From Chloroflexota bacterium (GTDB taxonomy: Bacteria > Chloroflexota > Anaerolineae > UBA4142): 63,111 nt of DNA. Of the stretch, positions 55,094 to 63,111 are shown one piece after another. The notes beneath the pieces were generated by a model. The model saw only the letters and a list, made by a program, of their open reading frames with translations. It was not told the origin of the DNA and did no database searches. The position numbers and the translations under genes were made by a program. Within the stretch, counting starts at the first letter, position 1; the number at the start of each line of letters is the position of its first letter. The stretch is taken from contig JAMDCU010000158.1 in assembly GCA_023489485.1 (NCBI GenBank), positions 1-63,111 on the forward strand. Direction: 5' to 3'.

Positions 55094-55729
55094 CTATGGT
55101 TCCTTCTCCGATGGTTCAGGAGCGAGCACCTGATTTACCTGCTTGAATCCCTCTTCAATGGCGCCGGGGTTTTCGGTTTGCGCCGCCCGCGCCTTTTCCA
55201 TCAAAGCGACAATATCTTGCGTGTCTTTATCCACCTGGGAATCTTTCATTACACCGCCGCTGTCTTCCAGGACGGTGACAATGTCTTTTAGCTTTTCCAC
55301 CTGAAAATCGCCGTTGACCGTCTCGCGCTCGACATAGTTGCGAAGCTCGGATAGATCGATCTTGCTGATGACGGAAGAAAGGCCCAGCTGCGTGAGTAGG
55401 CGGCGGTTCTCTTTGATCTGAATAAAGCCGTTGATGATGCGCAGCTGATGCGCGAAAAGCTTGAGCGTTTTGTCGTAGCCGCGCGCCTGACTATCAAGGT
55501 CCTTGATCTTGCCAGCGACGATTTCTCTCTGGCGCGGTGACGCTTCTTCGACCCCCTTTTGGAAGAGCTGCTTTTTCTGTGTTTCCATGTCATCCACCCG
55601 CTTGATCATCTTGCTCTCTTCCTGCTCCAGGCGGATGCGCTCCAGGCGTAGCTCGTCCTCTGTGATGTCGTCAATGGTTTTCTTCTTGGGTCCTGAGAAA
55701 AGCCTAGTCAGGGCGTCTAGCATTTCCAT
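55094..55729 (-). CDS. ESCRT-III/Snf7-like coiled-coil protein A
   Basis: ATG at 55729 is preceded by AAAGGAGG. N-terminus MEMLDALTRLFSGPKKKT is followed by a long helical hairpin (..LRLERIRLEQEESKMIKRVDDMETQKKQLFQKG..REIVAGKIKDLDSQARGYDKTLKLFAHQLRII..), as in Snf7/Vps20. The acidic C-terminal half ends in a Pro-rich tail, VLAPEPSEKEP. Confidence 0.5.
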   Translation of the reverse strand: MEMLDALTRLFSGPKKKTIDDITEDELRLERIRLEQEESKMIKRVDDMETQKKQLFQKGVEEASPRQREIVAGKIKDLDSQARGYDKTLKLFAHQLRIINGFIQIKENRRLLTQLGLSSVISKIDLSELRNYVERETVNGDFQVEKLKDIVTVLEDSGGVMKDSQVDKDTQDIVALMEKARAAQTENPGAIEEGFKQVNQVLAPEPSEKEP

Positions 55730-55837
55730 CGGAAGCCTCCTTTGATTTGCTGTGATCAATTTGAGTATCAGACGAACCGAGCACAGGGAGAGCGAATGGT
55801 TGACATGAAATCACCCCACGAACATTATCGCCCGCCG

Positions 55838-57070
55838 CTAGCGCACATCCATCACGAGGCCCACATCTTTGATCTCATCCACAAAGAAACGTTCGTCTTT
55901 GCCGAGCTGCCGACAGGCCTCTTGGACTACGTCAGGCGGGAGCCCGAGCTGGTCGGCGACATCCTTTGCCGTAAGGCTTCGGTGTCTGGAGAGCAATTGT
56001 TCCGCAACGTAGGTGCGCGCCCGCTCAACCTGCTCATGCCGCAGTAGTGGCAGGAAAAGTGGTTCCAACACGGACAATCGCGCGTCAAGCCGGTCCCGAA
56101 AGATCTTGCCTTTCGCCAAGTCAACGAGAAACGGCAGTACGAGCCGGTGGTGAAATACGCTGCTTCGTTGGCCCGCTCCGATATATTCGATGGCTTCCGC
56201 TGTCCATCCCGTAGGCGAAGCGTAGGCGCACATATAGTTACTGTTGCGACTCTCAGCAGTCCGGATACACACCTGGAGAAGGTCCACAAGTTCGGACAAG
56301 CTTGCCGGCGCAGTGTCGATCCCTGAGCGCAGGAAACATTCCAGGTGTGCAAAGCAACTTGCGGAGAGAACAAGCCCGGTCTGTTGCCGGTTCGGCCGGG
56401 CTACAGTATAGATAGAGGTGCCGTTGAGGGGCACCAGCTTCTCGGCCACTTGACTCGAATCGGCCCGCAGGCCCAATTGTCTAATGCGCGCGGTGTCGTC
56501 TTGGTATTCATGAATTGCGGCCCAGTCTTCGATCTGAATCGCTTTTCCTGTTGCCGGATGGCGGACGGACTTGAGTTCTCGCGTCTGGTGGTCAAAGCGT
56601 CCGAGATAGGCGAGCTCCATCCGCCGCGCCTGCTCTGTAGTTATGGGTGCCGGGGCTCGTCCAGCGGCATGATCATCCAGAGCGCGCCGCAACTTCTCAT
56701 CCCAGCTGGGCTCGTGCCGCGAGCAATAGCGCGCCTTGTCCTCCATCCAACACACCTGGCAGAGAGAGGCTCCGCATTCGGACGCAGCACATTGGCCTGC
56801 GACCTGGTCCTTGTTGTGAATCACGCGCAAGCAGCGCCCGCAGTGTAGGGTTTCTGGAGACGACAACAGCGTGTCTTGTCTCACACCGGTGTGAGACAAG
56901 ACACGCTGTTTCTGTTGCTCGAAATAGTCCTCGAGGTCTGCAAGCTTGATGCGATACACGCCTCCAAGTCGTGCGGCAGGTATCTCACCGGCTCGCACAA
57001 GACGGTAGACCGTCTTGTACTCGAGACCCAGGTACTCGGACGCCTCTCGGATGCTGAGGAAGGGCTTCAT
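55838..57070 (-). CDS. Excisionase/MerR-type HTH protein with a Cys-rich region and a large uncharacterised C-terminal domain
   Basis: N-terminus LSIREASEYLGLEYKTVYRLVRAGEIPAARLGGVYRIKLADLEDYF is the excisionase-family HTH. The Cys cluster is CGRCLRV..CAASECGASLCQVCW..YCSRH. It is the first gene of the - strand block. Confidence 0.7.
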   Translation of the reverse strand: MKPFLSIREASEYLGLEYKTVYRLVRAGEIPAARLGGVYRIKLADLEDYFEQQKQRVLSHTGVRQDTLLSSPETLHCGRCLRVIHNKDQVAGQCAASECGASLCQVCWMEDKARYCSRHEPSWDEKLRRALDDHAAGRAPAPITTEQARRMELAYLGRFDHQTRELKSVRHPATGKAIQIEDWAAIHEYQDDTARIRQLGLRADSSQVAEKLVPLNGTSIYTVARPNRQQTGLVLSASCFAHLECFLRSGIDTAPASLSELVDLLQVCIRTAESRNSNYMCAYASPTGWTAEAIEYIGAGQRSSVFHHRLVLPFLVDLAKGKIFRDRLDARLSVLEPLFLPLLRHEQVERARTYVAEQLLSRHRSLTAKDVADQLGLPPDVVQEACRQLGKDERFFVDEIKDVGLVMDVR

Positions 57071-57182
57071 TGCTTACTCCTTCTCCGACCAAGTCGGAGG
57101 CGAACGTCCTCGACCCATTCCGTACGTCCCAAGTGCGTTGTATTTCTTTTGTCTTTCTTGCCTTCATTGGGATTTTAGGGAC

Positions 57183-57211
57183 ATTGTACTCTGAATTTAT
57201 GGGGCAGTCAA
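57183..57211 (-). promoter_or_regulatory. Near-consensus sigma70-type promoter
   Basis: The - strand reads TTGACT-17 nt-TACAAT in an AT-rich gap, about 110 nt upstream of the ATG at 57070. GGAGAAGGAG RBS follows. Confidence 0.45.
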
Positions 57212-57468
57212 TAATTTTCAGGTTAAATCTAGGTAGAATTTGGTAAAGAATTTTTAACCTTTGGCTGGCAACAATCCGAACCGAAAACGGGAATTCACCA
57301 CTCGACATAACTGAAAGGGCAAGCCTCGCTTCTGGCGGAGAAACTCCCGACTCGACTTTTTCAGCACTTTGCCAAGCGAACACGGGACTCGTTGGCGAGG
57401 GAACGGGCGCGCCTCGCTGTAATCTTGGAAACGAGTTTCCGAGACGGAGGTCGCGTCTGTTCCCCCTG

Positions 57469-58227
57469 TTTGGATTTCCGGAGCTGTTCGAACATTATGC
57501 CTAGGAGTTCGGGGAGGTCTTCTCGCCCGAAGCCTTCGTCGAATTCAAACGCTACATCAGCGGGCTGATTGTCTCCGAGAACAAAACGGTCGACGGCATC
57601 AACCGCCTGTTCGTCGACGACAGCCGCAATCAAAGCAGTCTCAACCGTCTGCTCACCGAGAGCCCCTTCTCGCTCGAGGCGTTGAACCAGGCCCGCCTCG
57701 GGGTGCTCGGAAAGTTGCCCGGCACCCAGATCAAACGGAAGGGTGTCCTCAGCGTGGACGACACCTTCCTCATCCATACCGGCGAGCACTTTGACCAGAT
57801 TGCCCTCTTGCGGGACCCGGAGACAGGCCACTTTGTCGGAGCCCACAACCTGGTGACCCTCCACTATAGCGATGACGCAACTGACTATCCCGTCCGCTTC
57901 CAGCTCTGGCAATCCACCGATGTGGAGGCGCTGGAACAGGGACTGGTCGCGGCCGGGTTCCACCTGAAGGAGAGCAAGTTGGCCCTCAAGACGACCGCGC
58001 CCCACAAATGGCGCAACAACTTGCAAGGGCTGTGGCGACGCCAATAGGACGAACCCACCATGGCGGCACTGTGCCAGAGCAAGCTCCTCATCGCCGAGCA
58101 CCTGCTCCAGGACTGGGTCGCGACGAACCCGCCGGCCCGACTCCCGGTGACCTTTGACAACTGGTACACGCAGCCCGCCTTCTGTCGCTACCTGGACGAG
58201 ACCTTGCACCTACAGGTCGTGTCATAA
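57469..58227 (+). pseudogene. IS701/IS4-superfamily transposase N-terminal part with two in-frame TAG codons, 3'-truncated
   Basis: A single + frame reads ..FPELFEHYA*EFGEVFSPEAFVEFKRYISGL..LSVDDTFLIHTGEHF..AHNLVTLHYSDD..RRQ*DEPTMAALCQS..FDNWYTQPAFCRYL.. with TAGs at 57502 and 58045. It ends where an IS630-like copy begins. The 282-aa - strand track ORF here is its shadow. Confidence 0.6.
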
Positions 58228-58237
58228 TTTGCAAAAC

Positions 58238-59050
58238 TCAAATGAGATCTAGACCAGCACCCGCAAAGAACGATTGAATGAGATGGGGCTTGCGGCGCAG
58301 GCGCGTGACCGCCAAGTCGAACTGGTGGCGCAAATGGGCCAAATCGAGACAGCAGACATTCCGCAACGCGACCGTTTTCAGATGACTCCACATGCCTTCG
58401 TCCGGATTGAGATCGGGTGCATAGGCAGGTAATCGCTCGAGATGGATGTGTTTGGCCTCCCCCTCGGCCAGGTAGGCTTTAACTTCCTGACCGCGATGAA
58501 TCGGTGAGCCATCCCAGATCACCAGGAGTTTGCGATCCAAGTTCGCCAGCAAATGTTTCAAGAACCGGACACTCTCGACACCCGTCAGCGCGTCATCCCG
58601 GATCAGTGTGAACAACCAACCCTGCGACGTGATGGCGCTCATCGCCGAGAGGTGGTCGCGTGTCTCGAACACTCGGAGCGTCGGGGGCTGCCCACGCGGC
58701 GCATAGGTGCGGACCCTGGCGGGAAGCAGATAGAACCCCGATTTGTCCACAAGAACAAGGGTTCGGCGTTCGAGACGAGCCTTTTTCTGAAGCTCGGGCC
58801 ATTGTTCTCTTTGCCACTCCGCATAGCCTTGTCGTTGCGTTGAGTCGCACGCACCTTGGGGAGTTGGGGGGCCACTTCAGTTCCTTGAGCAAGCGAGCGA
58901 CATAGGAGGGGTGCTGGGTGACAGCCCATTCCCATTCAATGACTTTTGCGATGCGTGCAGTGGTCCAGACTTCTCCACGAAAGCCGTAGGCTTCCGCGCC
59001 AGGGGAGAGCAGATCGGGAATGAGATTCTTTTGTTCAGGTGTCAGTTCCG
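58238..59050 (-). mobile_element. IS630/Tc1-mariner-family transposase copy, 5'-truncated and frameshifted
   Basis: DDE part DKSGFYLLP..LVIWDGSPIHR..LERLPAYAPDLNPDEGMW (58238-58750). The upstream HTH part ..RPHTGRPPELTPEQK..YGFRGEVWTTARIAKVIE.. is in another frame. Confidence 0.7.
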
Positions 59051-59084
59051 GCGGTCGGCCGGTATGCGGGCGAGCCAGGAGACC

Positions 59085-59659
59085 CTCGGTACCGGGCAAA
59101 GGCTCGGTATTTGAAGCAGTTGCGTCGCCAAGCCCGCCAAGGGCGGATTCACCTCTATTATGCCGACGAGATGGATGTGGCCCTCCTGCCAACGATCAGT
59201 GGGCGTTGGATGCGGATCGGGCACCAGACCGAAATCGACACACCGGGTCAGAATGCCAGACAGTACATCTTCGGTGCGGTGAACTATGTCACCGGGGCGT
59301 TCGTCTGGGTGCCTTGGTCCAACAAGAACCATGTGGGTTTCCGGGAGCTCTTGAAGCGAGTGTTGGAATGCCACGGCGGTGATGCCACGAAGGTCGTGAT
59401 GGTCCTGGACAACGATCGGATTCACAAGGCGAAGGCAGTCCGCGAATGGCAGCGTCGCCACCGCTCGACTTTCCGGCTGTACTTCCTGCCGACCTATTCG
59501 CCCCGACTCAACCCGGTCGAGCGAGGGTGGCGACATTTCCGCCGGAATGTCACCGACAATTGCTTTTTCAGGACCATGGCTCGCTTGATGCATGCCGTCG
59601 AGACCTTCTTGGTCGAATTAGCCGCGTCGCCGGCTCTGGTTCTGAAAATCGTTGCATGA
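59085..59659 (+). mobile_element. Second IS630-family transposase fragment (DDE domain only), head-to-head with the first
   Basis: ..IHLYYADEMDVALLP..VMVLDNDRIHKAK..FLPTYSPRLNPVERGW.. Confidence 0.65.
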
Positions 59660-59670
59660 TTTATGCAGTC

Positions 59671-61283
59671 CTATTCAGGTGTCAGGGTCACGTCTTCGAT
59701 CAGCAGGCGCGCCAGACGTTTGCGATCATGATCGGTGGTGTGCGGGTCCTGGCACACCCGCGGAAAGTCGTGGGTCAAGGCCATCACCTGGGCCCGCACT
59801 TCCTCGTTCACCAGCAGCCGCTCCCGCTCGCGCTGCGCGGCATACTCGGCTTGAGCCTCCTGCAGCGCACCGAGCGCCGCGTTCCACTCCGCTTCCAGTG
59901 AGGCGCCCACCAGGCGATTGTTCGGATCCACCCGCCGGTAGCGTTGGCCGGCGAGATCGGCTTCGTACTGCGCGCGGGCCACCTGTTGGGCGCGCAAGGC
60001 GTCCGCTTCGTCCTGGCGGTCGGCCAGCTCTTGCTGCACCGCTAAGGCGACCTCCAGTTGGAGCGGGGTCAGACGCGCCGCGAGGAGCTCCGCCACCGCC
60101 GCATCGATGGCGTGCCCGGGCAGCTGTTGGCAGCGCGGCGCCGCATGGTCGATGTGCTCCCGCTGGCAGACGTAATCGGGATACAAATGGCCCTGGCGCT
60201 CATGATAGCGCACCGTCATCCGCCGACCGCACTCGCCTCACACGAGGAGTCCCTGCAACAGAGCCGGCCCCTCCCGGGGTGGGCTTTTCCGTCGCTCGGC
60301 CCCATGTGCTTGAGCGCCCGCCCGCAGCCGGCGTTGGTTCTCTTCGTATTCGTCCCACCCGACGTACCCGGCGTGGGCGTTGGGAATCAACACGAGCCAC
60401 GCCCCGCGGAGTAGCGCTTGCGTGCGGGGTCGCCCGTCCGGCCAGATCCGCGTGCGGCTGCGTCCAAGGCAGAAGGCCCCCGCATAGCGCGGACTATACA
60501 ACACATACAAAACTCGCGACAGGCTCATCTCCTCCCAGACCACCTCGCCTTTCCGGGGCCCACTCCGCATCCGGCGCGGAAACTTCAATCCCGCCCTCCG
60601 AAAGTGCTGGACCGTCGCATGGGCTGCACCCGTCCGCCGGAAGGTGGCAAACACCAGGTACAGCGCGTGCTGCACTTGCTGGTCGGGATCGAGCCGCACC
60701 CGCCCGGCTTCATCACACACGAATCCCACCGGCAAGAGCACGCCAATTCCCCGCGCCGTGCCTTGCTCAGAATCCCCCCGCGCAACCGCGCCCGTAGAAA
60801 ATGGAGCTCCGCCTCGGAGAGGGTGCCTTTCTTGCCCAAGAGCAGCCGGTCATTGAAGTCGTTACAGCCGTAGAGGCCATCTTCATCCAAAATCAAGGTG
60901 TCCGTCAAGGCGCACAGTTCCAACAGGCGTTGCCAGTCCGCCGAGTTGCGGGCGAGGCGGGAGACCTCGAGTCCCAACACGACGCCCGCTCGGCCCAAGC
61001 TGACCTCGCTGACCAGTTGTTGAAAGCCTTCCCGATGGACCGCCGAGGCGCCCGAGTGGCCCAGGTCACAGTCGATGACGTGCACGCGCTCGATGGGCCA
61101 GCCGAGGGCCACCGCCCGCTGCGGGAGCGCGTACTGACGCTGGGTACTCTCCGTGTTTTGCAGCACCTGGTGCAGCGTCGACTGCTGGACACAGAGAAAC
61201 GCCTCGCGCTTCAAGTGGGCCGCCATCGCTTTCGGGTGGCCGGTCGGTGACGGTAGATGGTCTCGGCCACGCTCTTCGGTCAT
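59671..61283 (-). pseudogene. Large serine recombinase, disrupted by one frameshift and one in-frame TGA
   Basis: Resolvase N-domain ..VQQSTLHQVLQNTESTQRQY..VIDCDLGHSGAS..VLGLEVSRLARNSADW... The recombinase domain is in another frame. TGA at 60238-60240 replaces the first Cys of the zinc ribbon (LLV*GECGRRMTVRY). C-terminal coiled coil. Confidence 0.75.
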
Positions 61284-61331
61284 CCCTCTGCTCCTGTCGG
61301 TCCCCCAGGACCAAATCCGTCAGAACGACAA

Positions 61332-62031
61332 TCAAGCCGCGGCGGGGACGTCGGTCGGTGCGTCCCCGGAGACGGTGGGGGCTTCCGGCCCGCCGGCCAG
61401 CCAGGCCGCCAGACCTTGCCGCTCGATGAATCCTAGTTCCAGACCCTGACCGGCGACGGCTGGCGGGGCCGCCAAAGCCTGACGGTGCAGGGATTCGTAG
61501 CGACGCTGCGTGTTGGGCCCTGACTCCACCGCGGCGGGAAGAGACGCGGCCGGCGTCGCCCGGAGGCTCTGTCTTTTTTTGCCCCCGGGCCAGGGCCCGC
61601 TCGATGCTGCGCAGATGGACAGAGCGCCCAAATTCTTTTTCCACGCGCGCGGGTAGCTACGCCAAGCGCAGAGCCGGCTCGGTTTCCAGGAGGTGCAGGA
61701 TGAAAGCCACGACGTCGTCGGAGAGCTTGTGCGCCCGCTGGGGTCCCTTGGGCTGGGGCAGCAAGCCGGCCAGCCCCGCGGCCTCGAAGCGCTGGCGCAG
61801 GTGATACCATGTGACGCGGGAGACGCCAAAGGCGGCGGCCGTGGTCTGCACCGTCTGACCTTCGAGCAGGACGCGGCGCACCATCTCGTAGCGAACCTGG
61901 ACGAGATCGCGGGCATCGAAGAAGGGATGAGTCTGAAACAGCGGATCGGTGACCTGCTCGGGCTGTGGGTTGAGGGTAGCGGTGACGCGCAGGACTTCGC
62001 ACTTGGGATCGGACCGCGCCGTCGTGCGCAT
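61332..62031 (-). pseudogene. HTH protein upstream of the recombinase, split over three frames
   Basis: ..FFDARDLVQVRYEMVRRVLLEGQTVQTTAAAFGVSRVTWYHLRQRFEAAGLAGL.. (61657-62031) continues in two other frames down to about 61332. Confidence 0.45.
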
Positions 62032-62088
62032 CCAGACCTCTCAATCTAGGATCGCGGTGCCGCCGAGGTGCCTCGAAGACTACCCTCA

Positions 62089-62481
62089 TTATCCGACGGT
62101 CTGAGCGCTTGTCAATCCCTCGCGGGCATTTTCCCGACTAAATAGGCTTAACACAGACGGCAAAATGCACTTCACCTCCGGGCCCTGAGCCAGCGCCGCC
62201 AGGAGTCGTGCGAGCTCCAACAAGTCGGTCACCCGGAAAGCGGATCGGCCGGCGGCCAAACGGACGAAGGAGTCGACGGGGGCCAAGCTGGTCCAGGCTG
62301 TAGGCATCGAACGCAATGCCCCCGCCTGGTCCTGGTAACACACGCGCTCTTCGCCCCAGGTGTGGCGGCACATCACGAGCCCGAAGACTTGGCCATATAG
62401 AGGATGAAAGGTATGGGTTACTTGGAAAGTTTCGACCTCACTGTTCCGTTGAGGTGTAGTCCACGCGTTAGACCAATGCAA
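62089..62481 (-). CDS. Small hypothetical protein (DUF5372-like pattern)
   Basis: ..VTHTFHPLYGQVFGLVMCRHTWGEERVCYQDQAGALRSMPTAWTS.. matches my recollection of DUF5372, a small mobile-element-associated family. From memory only. Confidence 0.4.
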   Translation of the reverse strand: MHWSNAWTTPQRNSEVETFQVTHTFHPLYGQVFGLVMCRHTWGEERVCYQDQAGALRSMPTAWTSLAPVDSFVRLAAGRSAFRVTDLLELARLLAALAQGPEVKCILPSVLSLFSRENAREGLTSAQTVG

Positions 62482-62735
62482 TAGGCGAGCGATTTCTGGG
62501 CACCGTGCGGCGAGAGGGTCTGGATCACGTGCTGATCTTGGGCGACGGGCAGCTGGATCGAGTGCTCCAAGAATACGTTGCGTTCTTCAACGGGCCTAGG
62601 CCGCCTCAGGGCATGGATCAGTCGATCCCGGCGCGGAGGCGAATCAGCGGAGAGTCAAAGAGCGAGGGGAAGATCATCTCCTTTCCGGTCCTCAACGGCC
62701 CTCAGCCTCATGATCGTAGGGTGGCATCATGGCTT
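62478..62735 (+). pseudogene. C-terminal fragment of an rve-type transposase (same family as 11874-12650)
   Basis: ..IGERFLGTVRREGLDHVLILGDGQLDRVLQEYVAFFNGPRPPQGMDQSIP..GKIISFPVLNG.. parallels ..ICERFLGNVRRECLNH..EYMAYFNRARPRQ..GKIIALP. Confidence 0.55.
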
Positions 62736-62946
62736 CAAGCACCCGTAGTTGACGATGGATGTGTTTTTCGGCCATCACAGGCCGAAGCGATCCGTGCTTG
62801 TTCGCGATTGCGGATGCTGCGGCAATCTGGTTAGCAAACTCCTGCCTCCGCTTATGCCGTGCCAATGGGGAAGACCCGCACAACCTCAATCGGGATACCG
62901 CTTTAGCCATGGGAGGTGGCTGGATGGGGGTAGCATCAACCGCAAG

Positions 62947-63111
62947 GGAGACGCTCCATGAAGAAGAAGTGGAGAAGGTCGCTTATCGGAAGAGAAAGGC
63001 AGTAAAGGCCTTCTCCCTGCAGCAACCGCAGCATTCTCCGCTTCGGCGAAAACAGGAGAAGGCCGGTAGCCCCGGGCGCTTGCCGATCCGCGAGGAGTTG
63101 GGATAATCTCG
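62947..63111. repeat. Direct repeat copy B (runs into the window edge)
   Basis: Matches 12745-12911 with 3 mismatches near its 5' end. Confidence 0.85.

Noticed and set aside
57361-58209. 282-aa - strand ORF
   Set aside because: The + strand here reads as an IS701-like transposase with recognisable motifs, so the - strand ORF is its shadow.
59652-60797. 381-aa + strand ORF
   Set aside because: Pro/Arg/Ala-rich shadow ORF opposite the serine-recombinase pseudogene.
1-63111. CRISPR arrays, rRNA genes, intact tRNA genes
   Set aside because: I found no regularly spaced direct repeats and no rRNA-like sequence. The only tRNA-like sequence is the partial tRNA-Gly.

Overview
High-GC bacterial window, read by eye only; no searches or folding programs were run. 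It has three parts.
(1) 1-11.4 kb, + strand: a catabolic-looking cluster with three paralogous glycyl-radical enzymes (GREs), interleaved with an SDR, a Tat/lipoprotein family-5 solute-binding protein and an NAD-epimerase.
(2) 11.4-13.7 kb and 57.1-63.1 kb: decayed mobile DNA (rve-type, IS701-like, two IS630-like, a large serine recombinase). All copies carry frameshifts or nonsense codons. This part also holds a tRNA-Gly(GCC) 3' half and a 165-nt direct repeat (12745-12911 = 62947-63111, which runs off the window edge). Together these bracket part 3.
(3) 14.1-57.1 kb: a ~43 kb block in which every gene I call is on the - strand. It contains:
- eight Hanks-type Ser/Thr kinases (STKs), each with a different sensor module;
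- a complete diversity-generating retroelement (DGR: RT-Avd-TR1), whose variable repeat VR1 lies in a kinase/coiled-coil/FGE fusion with no transmembrane segment (15 of 15 substitutions at TR adenines);
- a second TR2/VR2 cassette with no RT of its own, in a zinc-ribbon/FGE protein;
- two MIT-AAA (Vps4-like) ATPases and two ESCRT-III/Snf7-like proteins;
- two SPFH-like coiled-coil proteins and two zinc-ribbon/PQQ-propeller/TPR proteins.
The kinase + DGR + ESCRT-III/Vps4 + SPFH block is my candidate for the undescribed system. Several of its genes carry a frameshift or an in-frame stop, so sequence quality and decay need checking.
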